A stretch of 64,000 nt of DNA from contig CM052816.1 in NCBI GenBank assembly GCA_028534125.1, positions 9,426,001-9,490,000 of the forward strand. Direction: 5' to 3'. The notes under the pieces are model-generated. The model had not been told where the DNA came from. It searched no databases and saw only the letters and a program-made list of their open reading frames with translations. Of this stretch, positions 1 to 11,453 are shown piece after piece (the stretch's first letter is position 1; every line of letters begins with the position of its first letter). The DNA is from Lama glama. Its lineage: Eukaryota. Made by a program: the position numbers and the translations under genes.

Positions 1-577
1 GAACTTCTTCATATATTTTTAATCCTGTACCACAGGCATTTCTATAAGTGGGATGCTATTAAATGTGCTGTTAGGCTTTCTACTCTTTTTCTCTTAATAA
101 TATCTTGTGACTATTTTCCCATATCTTTTAATAATAGTCTGTGAGGCCATGTTTGATTATGTTTGTGTGTGTATACACATGTACACAATGCTTTCTAGTG
201 ATTTCCTCCATAATTTAAAACTCCCCTTAGACAGAGAACTATTCCAGATTCCTGTATAAAACTAATCCTAAAAAAAAATACATGGTGAAAAAAAACCCAC
301 TAATCTTTATGTGTGGTAGCCCTAGAGCTCCCACAAATCACGTATTTGGTGTTTCACTCCTTTTACTCTGTGGCTTCTTTGTGACTAATTATATCATCTT
401 CATTTTTTTTTTACATCAAAGTTTTAAAAAGTCAAATAATGTAGTACTTGTAGGAAGAGTGATAGACATCTGTCTATTTTCCCAACCATCCAAGAATCAG
501 CTCTCTCCAGAGAAGAGAACTTTTTGTTTGAGTTCATCTATCAGGACTGTTTAATTTTCAAATTACAAAAATACCAG

Positions 578-1250
578 CTGTATTGGTCAGGAATAGGTTT
601 ACTGAATATAATAGAAAATACAAATTAATAGTAGCTTGAACACTTTATCATTTATTTTCTCAGGTTAAAAAAAAACCTGAAGATATGCAGTCAGTCTTTG
701 CTAGTAAGCTCCACATTCAGTAGGGATCTGGGCTCTGCAAGTATCCTGCTCCCTCATGGCTTCCATTTCCAAAGTTTCAAAATGCTTGCTTCTAAAGCAG
801 CTTTACCCACACAGCAGGAAGGAGTAAGGAGCAAAAGAAATATGGCATGCTGGATCTGTATTAAGCACCTTGAAGGAGTCTTCCTGGAAATTCCATATGG
901 CACATCTTTAAATTTCATTGGCCAGAGCTTAGTCATTTATTTGGGATCAGTACACCACTGAATAAAATTGGAGTTTTATTACTCATAAAAGTAGACGAAG
1001 AATATTGTGTAGGTAATCAGAAAACATACATTGCTTTATATAAGTAAATGATTCAAGGGTTATTTATGGCTTCAGGTACAGTTTGATCCAGCTGATAATA
1101 ACATCATCCAGACTTTAGTTCCATTTCTCAGAGATTCTCTAGCTCATCTTACTTATGCATTGTTTTTGCCCCAGACTGGCTCTCCCCAGAATGACAGAGA
1201 TGGGTGGAGCATTTCATGATACGTATCCTTACACCTTACTGTCCAGTGAA
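578..1250. mobile_element. Old MaLR LTR fragments (MLT1-type)
   Basis: MLT1-like segments such as 'cattggccagagcttagtcat' and 'ggcttcaggtacagtttgatccag'; subfamily and boundaries uncertain. Confidence 0.5.
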
Positions 1251-1801
1251 GGCTATTTCTCTACTTCTTTACTTGTGGTTGTTTGTTGACCTCCCAATAT
1301 CACATCCTCAGTTCCTTCTGTGGTCACTTCTGCAACTTTAAATAGCATAATAAAACCATTGCTTATTCCATTAACCACAGAGATGGACATCTCTTGACTC
1401 CTATGTTGTATGATAAGGACATTAAGGTTCCTTCACCCATTCATCACACCTTTCCACTTTTACCTCTCCAACTTTGCCAGTTGTACCTTCATTTATATAA
1501 TGTTGAGATTGAGAAATAGACATTCTGACCATCCTAGTTAAGTCTTCTTAAATGCCTCTGAAAAAAATCTGGGCTGGGGCGGAAAATGATAATTAATGCA
1601 AGCACAGTGAATGAAATGAATAGTGTATGTAGAGAGTGAAAGAAGAGGAAGGGCTTTGACATTTAAGTGTTATCTGGAAAAGGAGCTGGCAAAAGAGACT
1701 GGGATTTTCAAACCTCAAAGAAAGAGAGTCAATGAGCTGGGGGGGTAGCAGAGGTGATGTTGAACTTCGCACCTGGAACAGGGGCTCTTGCTTTAGCATT
1801 C

Positions 1802-1815
1802 CTAGCAGATGGCGC
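1802..1815 (+). promoter_or_regulatory. Candidate CTCF core motif
   Basis: CTAGCAGATGGCGC matches the CTCF core CC(A/G)(C/G)(C/T)AG(A/G)(G/T)GGC(G/A)C with one mismatch. Confidence 0.5.
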
Positions 1816-2079
1816 CCAGCCTGTGCTTTGGTACCTACGGTGCTAGATGGCTCCAAATGTTACGACAGTCTTACACCAGGCTGAATTGTTTCTCTGTAAC
1901 ATCCTGGCCCGTTTTGCCTTCTCATGCATCAAAAGTCCAGTCCGATTTTATTGTTTCTCTCTGCATAATAGCTCTTGAAATAGTATGATAGTTAAGTTAC
2001 CAATACATATACTGTCATCAACCATTGATGTTGCTTATACACTGCTGTTATTGCTATGATTTTTTATCTTGTTGTTGCA

Positions 2080-2455
2080 CTCAGCAAAGGCTTTGAAGGC
2101 ACAAAGCCTGAATTCTAATCTTGGCTCTCTCCCTTTCTAGCCATCTCACGTCATCTCAATACCAAGTTCCTTTACCTTTCTTAGCAAAATGACTAGCAAA
2201 TCGTATGCGTTCAATAAATGTTGTGTAGGCATAAAATAACAACAGCAATAATAAATGCCATACGCTCCATTTGCTACCTGTGCTTACCTTATTAACTTTT
2301 ACAATGTGTTGAAATTATCTGTGTCCAACCTTATCTCCTCTGTTGGCTCTGAGTGCTTTGAAAAGAGGGATACATCCTCTTATCTTATTTAGCATATCCC
2401 CCATGGTTGAGTACAGGGTCTGCCACAGAGAAACTAGTAAAATATCTGTGGGACA
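2080..2455 (+). mobile_element. MIR and L2 3'-end fragments
   Basis: MIR-like 'gcctgaattctaatcttggctct' and L2-tail-like 'gggtctgccacagagaaactagtaaaatatctgt'. Confidence 0.5.
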
Positions 2456-4969
2456 GATATTTGCCAACCCCCTGTTTACCCAGGTTGCCCTTCTTTCAGC
2501 ATGAAATGATAGCTCAAATCATCCACTAACCACCCTACTGTAAGTGCCTCCTTATCATCTGTGGGAGACCCCACAGGAATTCCACACATGTGCTCAGCAT
2601 CCGAAGATGTCAGCCATACTCACTTTGCCCCACTCTGCTCTGACCACCTCCGTTGCCCACTGTGCTGCTGGTGATGGGACCACCAGTATCTGTGCCAAGG
2701 AGTCTGGCTCTGAATGATCTGCCTCTCCAGGGGCAAGGACAGGCTTCCTCCTTGCCTTGGGTCTGAACCTTGCTTCATTACTTGGGCCCTTGAACACAGA
2801 GTCTTGTCATATGCTCAGCCTCTCACAAATCCTTCCTGAAAGCACCTATTGGTTTTTGCTTCTAATCCTTTCTCTCTACAACTCAGACCAGTCCATGGAG
2901 TCTGGTAAGGTGGGAGGCTGCTCCATATCCCCCACTTTTCTCTTCTACTCACTGTAGCTCTGCCCTCATTAGAACTCTATCATCTAGAAACAGGGGAAAA
3001 ATCTTCCAAATTTATGAATGGGGTAAACTGATGGGGGACGATGGGCAGTGTGGAGAAGGAAGAGATTTGTTCATATTAGCCAAAGGTAGTCAAAAATGTC
3101 CCATTAAATATAGTATTTAAAATTTATATCCAAATACCCTTGTCCATGTTAAAATTTTGTTTGCCATTTCTTGAATGTGGTAGTGTTTACACAATTCTGT
3201 AACTTAGTTAAAACTCACAGAACTGCATACCAAAAAATACAGCAAATTTTTACTACATCTAAATTTTAAATTAAATTATAAAGTTTCAGTTGTGCCAGAG
3301 TTTTGCCTGGCAGATCACACTCATGACGTTTTTCTTGTGACTTGGCTGTTCTTGGAAGATTTTATTTCATAATTTTCCTTCCCAATAGGCTAAATATTCA
3401 TTTGTTTGATTTTTATTGATAATAAAACATGGATTAGATAATGGTCTTTTCAAGCATAAATAGATTAAACCCAACAATATGAGGAAGTCTAGAGGACAAA
3501 GAACAGCTAAGCACAAAAAAGGGCCAGGAACCTCTTATCTGGACAGTGATAACTCTGCTTGGCCGCCCTTTATTTGCCTCTATTCTCTGCTAATTCAGGC
3601 AACCGGCTTTTCATGTTCAAAGCAGGTTCACACAGACTAAGAGCACCCTATCTTTAAATTTATGTGATCTCATACTCTCTTGCTCAATCCTGTTAATTCC
3701 CATTGGAACTGACTGACTTCTGGGCAGATCTTTCCTGATTAGAGGCAACCTGAAGCTTCTCACCTCCTTCTCTGGGTCCTCATCCACTTTTCAGTTGCAG
3801 ACATAATGTCACAGTATCTGAACCACCTGTTCCTTTTCACAGCCCCTCCTGCACACAAGTCTCTTATCACATAAGTCAGTGATCATCCTTCCATCCACAT
3901 GGTTGTGGGTTTCTTTGGCCTCCAAGGGCCCTTGGTTCCTGGGCAACTCTGACCACCCTGGAAAGCACAGGGGATCAAATGGAAATCCAGTTGTCCTCTT
4001 CGTATTTCTATCCATCCAGCTCTTACCAGGGAGTATCCACCCTAGGCCAGGCTCCCTCTGAAGTGCAGAATGTCTTACCTCTAGAAGCTTACATTTTACT
4101 AGAGAGACAGAGAGAAAGAAAGTTTAAAAAAAAATCTATGAATTAGTTAGAGTGAGAAAGTGACATAAACAGAGTCTAGGACAAAAAAATAATGGGATGA
4201 GGGATATGTGCTCAAGGGAAACCTCTCTAAAAGAGATACTTAGCTTGAAGCAGAGGAGAAGACTTTCAGGTTTATGAAACAGTAAATGCAAAGGTCCTGA
4301 GGCCAGAGAGGGCTCTGCAGGACCAGAAACTAGCATGGCAAGAGCACAGTGGGAGAACAGAGAGTGTGAGCTGGGGCAGAAGACAAAGGACAAGAGCTTT
4401 ATGGAGGCCGAGTTAAGGAGTCTGAGCTACAAGCCTCCTTCAACAGGTCTGATTTGGGTTTGGCAGAGGAGGAGATAATCATACACTCCAGGATGTGTAG
4501 CAAAGTGAGAATAAACACAGCCCTCTGTGGGAGATTTGATTCTTACAAGCAGCACATTGTAAATGTTTCTCCATTTGCAACTTCATTTAGAGGAGGTTTT
4601 GTTAGCAGTTGCTTCCTAACAGAATAATTGTCTAAGGTAAACAAAAGACTCCCGTGAGTGCCTCATGTGCCCATTGGATGCCACAGTGTCTTTTTCTAGG
4701 GTCTTATTTATTCTGTAGTGTTTATTAAAATGAAGCCAGTTACCCTGGCTTCATTATAGGAAAGGTATTCACAGTTTGGTTTCCATTCTTTTGCAGCTGT
4801 GTTAAAACTTTGTCCAACTGTTTAAATTTTTAGCAGCTCTTAAGTGGATGGAAGGTATGCAGGCTTCCAGTTTGTGAGTTCAAGAGAAGCATTGATTTAT
4901 TTTAGCAATTTGGATTTGGAATTTGATTTCTATCTTCTTTGTTCCTTTCTCTTTGTTCTCTGCCTACTT

Positions 4970-5010
4970 TCTCTCTCTCTCCCTCGCTCTCTTTCTCTCA
5001 CACACACACA
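4970..5010. repeat. Imperfect (CT)n(CA)n microsatellite
   Basis: 'ctctctctctccctcgctctctttctctcacacacacaca' read directly. Confidence 0.85.
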
Positions 5011-5289
5011 TGACTGCATCATGCAGCTAAGGCACCCAAAGTAAAATTAGCTTAAAACAAGCCTTGAGACTTTTAAGATAACCCCCCCATGGTATGGTGC
5101 TGATAAGAGCTTTAGCCCATGGCAGACTGCTATGCAGTAAATACATAACAGGATATTTGTACCAGTTGAGCAAAGTGTGGACAACCAGAAAAGAAAAATA
5201 GTACTTGTATCTGCAGACTAGAAGAAATTAACAATAGAAACCCTTAACATGTTTCAAGTTTGTAAATGAAATAACAGAATCAAAGCTTT

Positions 5290-5886
5290 CTCAGTCTCCT
5301 CTGAGTGGTGTTTCTGCGCTGGTAGCTCCACTGAGCTATTTGTACCAGAGGCTTCCTGGCAGAGAAACTGTGCCTGGAAGGAAGACCAGCCTGATAGCTG
5401 GCACATCTCAGAGGCCATAGTGGCCATTTATTATTTTCATGATGTTAGCTTCCATATTTGCTTTCCTAACAGCACCCCAAATTTGTTGGGGAAGTCAAAG
5501 CTCCCCAGTTGTGTGCAGTCTTGGTGGAGGGACCTGATCCTTTGTTCCTCACTCTCTGATTCAGGACAGGGGAAGGAGGAGAAACAAAGCTAACTTCGTC
5601 CTGTGTGGCATGTTCTCCCATGAGAACCTGGTTGGGCGACTCAAGGATGGAGAACTGGTGGAAGCCATTCACCATGTCAGGAGGGGTGGCTAACAGTCCT
5701 GATGGAGTTCTCTGTGAACTTTCTGCTTTTTGGCTGTCTGGAGCTCTCCTGGTACCTGCTTCTCCAAGCCTGGCTTCCAGCATCTAAGTAATTCTATGAG
5801 TCCCTAAATAGCGTTCCAATAATTTCTTTTGCTTAAGTTAGCTAGAGTCCTTTGCTGTTTCTTGCTGTCAAAGGCCTTAATTGAGA
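5290..5886 (+). mobile_element. ERVL/MaLR-type solo LTR
   Basis: Typical LTR 3' end 'ttttgcttaagttagctagagt...gccttaattgaga'; family uncertain. Confidence 0.45.
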
Positions 5887-5946
5887 TGGTACAATAAATG
5901 TTCCTAGAATCAATGAATTAATGGAATGAAGATAAGCCCAGATTAT

Positions 5947-6604
5947 TATTTTTTATTGATTTATAATCATTTTACAATGTTGTGTCAAATTCCAGTGTAG
6001 AGCACAATTTTTCAGTTATACACGAGCATATATATATTGTCACATTTTTTTCTCTGTGAGCTACCATAAGATCTTGTGTATATTTCCCTGTGCTATACAG
6101 TATAATCTTGTTTATCTTTTCTACAGTTTTGAAATCCTGTCTATACCTTCCCACCCTCTGCCCACTTGACAACCACAAGTTTGTATTCTATGTCTGTGAG
6201 TCTGTTTCTGTTTTGTATTTGTGCTTTGTTTGTTTTTGTTTTTGTTTTTGTTTTTAGATTCCACATATGAGCGATCTCATATGGTATTTTTCTTTCTCTT
6301 TTTGGCTTACTTCACTTAGAATGACATTCTCCAGGAGCATCCATGTTGCTGCAAATGGCATTATGTTGTCAGTTTTTATGGCTGAGTAGTATTCCATTGT
6401 ATAAATATACCACTTCTTCTTTATCCAGTCATCTGTTGATGGGACATATCGGCTGTCTCCATGTCTTGGCTATTGTAAATAGTGCTGCTATGAACATTGG
6501 GATGNNNNNNNNNNNNNNNNNNNNNNNNNNNNNNNNNNNNNNNNNNNNNNNNNNNNNNNNNNNNNNNNNNNNNNNNNNNNNNNNNNNNNNNNNNNNNNNN
6601 NNNN
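5947..6604 (-). mobile_element. Young L1 LINE (3' end visible, remainder in gap) with a perfect 17-bp target-site duplication
   Basis: L1 3'UTR/ORF2-end sequence ('ttccacatatgagcgatctcatatggtatttt', 'tccatgtcttggctattgtaaatagtgctgctatgaacattggg'). AGATAAGCCCAGATTAT lies at 5930-5946 and 6605-6621. Confidence 0.9.
6505..6604. other. Assembly gap (100 N)
   Basis: Run of 100 N inside the L1 insertion. Confidence 1.
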
Positions 6605-7980
6605 AGATAAGCCCAGATTATATTTCAAGCCTTTTGTGATTTTTCCCTTCTTTTGTCACCATCAGAGAATTGAATCTCATCTGTAAATGGGTTTTCTTGG
6701 AATGTGGAAAAATATCGAGGTTTTGTACAATTTTCCTTTTGGAGGCAAAGCTATTTAAAAAAATAATAATTGAACCTAAAGTTTAAATATAGGCTTATTA
6801 CATGGCGGTTAGAAAATAAACATACACATAAAGAATATAAAAATATTCATAAATGTCTTTCTATATAATAAGTATCAACTGACAAAATCATGTTTGATAG
6901 CTTAATTGTATCTTATGGTAGAGATAGTATATTTAGTTAATCCCCCATTACCATTTGGGCTATTTTCAGTTATTCACTGTTATAAAACATCCTGCAGTGA
7001 ACATTCTCTTAGGTAAATCTTTGTGTACATAGACTTATTATACTTATGATGCATTTTAAGTAGTAGAATTATTGGGCCAAAGAGTTAGCATGTTTATAGT
7101 CATTTTACTAATAATAGTAGCCCTTTTAAATAAAGCTGATTAAAAACAGAACTTTTACTGTGGGAATGTTCTCCAGCAAAAGCAAAACAAAAACAAACAA
7201 ACAAAAGCCAAAGAAAGGAAAAGTCTATGTTTCAAGCAATGCCTCAAAGCAGCCACATTTAAAACCACATTTCACTAACTGAGATGCTTCAATTGACCAG
7301 CCCAGCTAAATAGAGACAGATGGTGCAAGAAAACATTGTTAATAGCCCTATCTGTTCAACACAACCAGACATTGCACTTGCTTGCTTGATCTATTCATTC
7401 AAAAACCAGTTACTGAATCCCCACTGTGTGCCTTGCATGGATCTAGGAGCTGGGATGTAGAAAGGGAGGTAAGACCTGGTCTCCACTTTGGAGGCACTCA
7501 CCAGCGGCCAAGTCAACCTGTAAATAACTCACAGTCACACAGTGTGGTGGTTAGTGCTGCAGTAGAGAGAGGGAAACAGCCTTGTGGGAACAGAGAGCCT
7601 AGAGCAGTTTCAACCTGTGCATATAAAGTCTGTTCTTCTCTCTTGTTTCCTTCTCTCCCATTAGAAAGCACCATTTGAAATGGAATATACTTTGAAAAAT
7701 ACCAAGTTTTGCAGAAGCAAAGAAGTAAGAGATCAGGAGCAACTCCATGGAACCCATGAGCATTGAAGAGAGGTAGGACAGGCCACACCTGGAGGACGGC
7801 ATTCTGGAGAGGACTTTGCAAGCACTGGTACAGACAAAAAGGAAAAGCAGGGGTTCAGAGAACAAATTGCTTGAAACGTAAGGTTTGGGTGTAGCCCCCT
7901 TAAAGTAGGGGCTACCTTAGATTGCTATTAATAACAAGATACGGCATTTGTGTATACCTCCATCAGTAAAAGAGAAGTAC

Positions 7981-8358
7981 TGCATTAGGTACCTATTCCT
8001 GCTACAACTAATTACTTAGTGGCTTAAAACAACACAAATATATCATCATACAGGTCTCTAGAGCAGAGGTCTGACATGAGTCTCATTGCACTAAAATAAA
8101 GATGTCTGTAGGGCTGCCTTCCTGTCTGGAGATTCTAGGGGAGAATCTGTTTCCTTGATCTCCTCAGCTTCTGCATTCCTTGGCTCAGAACCCCTTCTTC
8201 TTCCTGCAAGGCCAGCAGTAGCTGGTCAAGTCCTTTTCACACTGCATCACTTTTGACCACCTCTTGCGCCTCTCACTTCTACTTTCAAGGACCTTTCTAA
8301 AGGACCACCTGTACAATCCAGGATAATCTCTCATCTCAATATCCTTAACTTAATCACA
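7981..8358 (-). mobile_element. MaLR LTR (MLT1C/D-like)
   Basis: Diagnostic 'agtggcttaaaacaacacaaat', 'tctaggggagaatctgtttccttg' and 'ccaggataatctctcatctcaatatccttaacttaatcaca'. Confidence 0.8.
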
Positions 8359-9679
8359 ATTGATTCAGTTGAATGGGAATAGGGAGGAAACAACAGATAC
8401 CTGTCGAAGAGTGGGAAGAGCCTCCCTGGGAAATGGGAAGAGGTAAGTGGGTGCTGAGGAGAAGGGGAAGAGAGGTAGAGCCCTCATAGATGATTCAGGC
8501 TTTGTGCTCCCACGAACGTGAGGAAAATGGTGTCACTCATCAAGAGTATTTGGTTTAGGAAAGTGGTGTAGTGGTAAATTTAAGTTTGGATCTTATCTTT
8601 AGAGAAATAACTGACCATTTTTCCACTTTCAGATTTTGAATGGGGCATATAACATGAATAAATATTCAAGACACATACATGCCAGGGAGAGAAATAATGG
8701 GTAAGAATGGCTGAGAGTGAGAAGTGTTGAGACAGAGACAGGACACAAAGAAGGTAAAGAGATACCTAGGGTGGGGAGAAACTGAGATGGGAAAGGGAAA
8801 AGGTACAAAAAGTGTACAAGCAGGATGGGGAAGAAATACAGACATTTGGGGTTGGCAGAAGAAGGGGGAAGTGAGAGGCAGGAATATCAACAGAGAGAAT
8901 CTGAGGAAGGGACCAGCTTAGAAGTTTCTGGAATGAATAGGTTGGTCAGTTTAAATTTCCAGTTCACTTGGGTTGTGCTCACAATTGTAAGTTAATAATT
9001 TTTAAGATTGCCTGGAAAGATTTGTTTGCTTTTGGAGGTTAATTACTGTCACAGCGCCTCTGTTTTGTCAAGTTCCCATGCAGACTCAGTGGTCCTGGAG
9101 TAGGGGAGTTATCTGGCCAATAGGCCATTTGGTGCCTCACCTGTCTCACCAGAGGAAGAGTTTTCTTTCCCCTTCCTTTCTTGAAGTGGCTTAACTCTTG
9201 AATTGTTCTGTCCCTGGAATCTGAGGCCTTGGAAAGATGCGTTGGGGAGAAAGGTGTTCCATTCTGTCTCAGTTCCCCACAGATACTACAACTCACTAGT
9301 GACACATAGGCAGAAGCTCTGGAGAGACTCAACAGGACTGCAAGTTTATGGTCCCTGTTTCTCAGTGAGGCTGGGCTCTGGCCTCACCACATGCTCAAGG
9401 TCACAAGTGGACAGAGCTGGGGGAATAGGCTTCCTCCAGAGCAGGGAAGCAAAACAACTATTGACAGGGTCACTTATGAAGACTTCAGTCAATTGAAACA
9501 TTGGCTCTGGAAAACTTGGGAGTCTTCTGTTTAAGGGCCAACAGAGCTTACTCGGAACCCTGCTCCCAAAGGAGCCCAGCCCTGGCAGAGTCCGAGGCAT
9601 GAGAAGGAAGCAGGCTGTACAGGGGTAGGATTTCCATTGGCGCGGACACCACAAGCGCTTTCAGTTCTCACGTTTATTA

Positions 9680-9765
9680 TCTCTCAGCAGAGGAGATGGG
9701 TACTCAGAGAGGTTAGCCCACTTGCCCAAGGTCACCCAGGAGCCAGCAGTGAGCCCAGGACTCGT
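9680..9765 (-). mobile_element. MIR core fragment abutting the CpG island
   Basis: 'ctcagagaggttagcccacttgcccaaggtcacccag' resembles the MIR core. Confidence 0.65.
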
Positions 9766-9769
9766 TCCC

Positions 9770-10450
9770 TCGGATGGGCAGGGTTCCCCCAGGAAGGCGC
9801 CGGCTGGCCCGCCCCGAGGGGTGAGGTCCCTCCGGCCCTCGGCGCCCACTCCCCTGCGCGCCCGGCCGCGGCCCCGCCGACCCCGGCGTCCGGCGGCTGC
9901 GGCGCTCCCGGAGCCCCGCTCGGCCGGCCGCGAGGAGGACGATGCTCCGCGCGCACGCCCAGGTGAGCCGGCGCTGGGGTCCCTCCGCCCGCAGCCCTGG
10001 GCCCGCGCCTCGCGCCTCGCGCCCGCCGGCCTCCCAGCGCGGGGGCTGGAGCCGGCACCCGAGGGGGCGGCGGGGAGGGCGCAGGCAGCGGCTGGGAGCG
10101 CAGCGGCGGCGACGGCAGAAGCTCGGCTCCGCGGCGAGAGGGGTGGCCGCTCCGGTCCGCCAGGGCGCTCGCTCCCTCGCCTCGGGCGGCGGGTAGGTGC
10201 GGCGAGGGCGTGGGGGTCACGGCCCTGCGAGCCCACGAGTGCGCGGGACGCGGCGGGGGCGGGGAGGCGCGGCGGGGACGGCTGGGGGCTGCGGGCTCCG
10301 CGGACCGGCTTTACCTCAGGGATGGGCTGCGCGGCGGCTCAGGCTGTAGGTGGGCTGGCGGGTTGTGTCGGACATGCCTCCGGCGTGGGACCGCTAGGGT
10401 TGCGGCTAGTGCCCGGCGCCGTTGTACGTAAGTACTTGTGAGACCGCCGG
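9770..10450. promoter_or_regulatory. HTR4: CpG island / TATA-less promoter of HTR4
   Basis: Abrupt very GC- and CpG-rich block in CpG-depleted DNA. It contains a GC box GGGGGCGGGG (10255-10264) overlapping an EGR site GCGGGGGCG (10253-10261), and a reverse CCAAT (ATTGG, 9636-9640) lies just upstream. Exon 1 lies inside it. Confidence 0.92.
10060..10192 (+). other. HTR4: HTR4 exon 1 (non-coding 5'UTR); 5' boundary approximate
   Basis: 'gcagaagctcggctc...gtggccgctc...gccagggcgctcgctccctcgcctc...gcgg' resembles the human HTR4 5'UTR as I recall it. It ends at donor CGG|GTAGGT (GT at 10193-10194). Confidence 0.8.
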
Positions 10451-10472
10451 TGTATTCGCTGGCTCTGTGAGG

Positions 10473-10682
10473 TAGTGTGTGTAAAGGGTGTGTGTGTGAG
10501 AGAGTGTGAGACAGGCGTAACACGGGTTTTGTATCCATAACCGTGTGTGACCGGGTACATGTGTGGACCCTGTGGATGGTCTTGGATGTGTAACAGAAAG
10601 AGTGTTCTGTGTGAGTGTGTGGCGAGATGTGCATGTCCGGGGTGTATAGCCGGCTGTGTGTGTAAGTGACCGTGAGTGTGTG
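10473..10682 (+). repeat. Degenerate TG-rich low-complexity tract
   Basis: Many short (TG)n runs such as 'gtgtgtgtgtgagagagtgtgag' and 'ctgtgtgtgtaagtgaccgtgagtgtgtg'. Confidence 0.75.
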
Positions 10683-11310
10683 GGCACACTCCGCGCTGCG
10701 TGAAGCGTTCGCGCGGAGGCTGCCAGGGCTAGCCAGCTTCCTGCAGTCGTCGTTCACAGAATCCCAGGCCCAGTTTCACATGCATTTCCCCTCAGCTTGC
10801 GACCCAGTGTGTGGCACTGTGCTGTAGTTGCCTTTGGAAGAAGTGGCTGTTGATACAGGGAAGCGGTGGCTGGCAGAGGCGAAGTCATGGCAAGAGCTCG
10901 TCTTCCTAGAGTTCAGTGTTGTGAAAACGTTGGCTTGATTTCCCTTGGTCCGTTAAAATGAACAAAAAATGTTTCTTAGGGTACAGGTTAGGCAGGAACC
11001 AAAAGGTGGCTTTTGATGGAAGGACACTGAGGCAAGTTTGCTCTCCTTGCTGGGAGGGAGTCCCTGGATCGAAAAGCTGTGGTGACCCTGGGGGCGGGGG
11101 TGGGGGTGTTTGCCTAGTCCTCTCTGTGGAACTTCAGCGTCAGTGCTGAGGGAGGAGAGGTTGCTGGGCGCTGCTGGTGAGCCCAGGTGATGAAGGGAAA
11201 GGACACTAGTGATGGATGCAGTGCCCCAGAAACAAGGAAAAAGTCAGGACAGGGGATGAGACTCATGGAGTTCTGAGGAGCAGCTCTCACGTAAAAAATG
11301 ATGCGTGTAG

Positions 11311-11453
11311 AGGGGAGGGTATATATAGCTCAGTGGTAGACCACATGCTTCGCATGCACAAGGTCCTGTATTCAATCCCCAGTACCTCCATTAGATATGC
11401 CTAATTATCTCCTCCTACTCCCCCAAAAAAGTTAAAATAAAAAAAATTTTTTT
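11311..11453 (+). mobile_element. Camelid tRNA-derived SINE (vic-1-like)
   Basis: GGGGAGGGT head, A box 'tagctcagtggtaga', B-box-like 'tattcaatccc', A-rich tail. TSD AAATGATGCGTGTAG (11296-11310) / AAATGATGAGTGTGG (11454-11468). Confidence 0.88.

Noticed and set aside
9637..10757. Several long overlapping ORFs (up to 239 aa) on both strands
   Set aside because: Pro/Arg/Ala/Gly-rich or His/Thr-rich by-products of stop-poor CpG-island and TG-repeat DNA; no recognisable protein.
11311..11392. tRNA-Ala-like sequence (also 42587-42662)
   Set aside because: A-rich tails, TSDs and degenerate stems identify SINE heads rather than tRNA genes.
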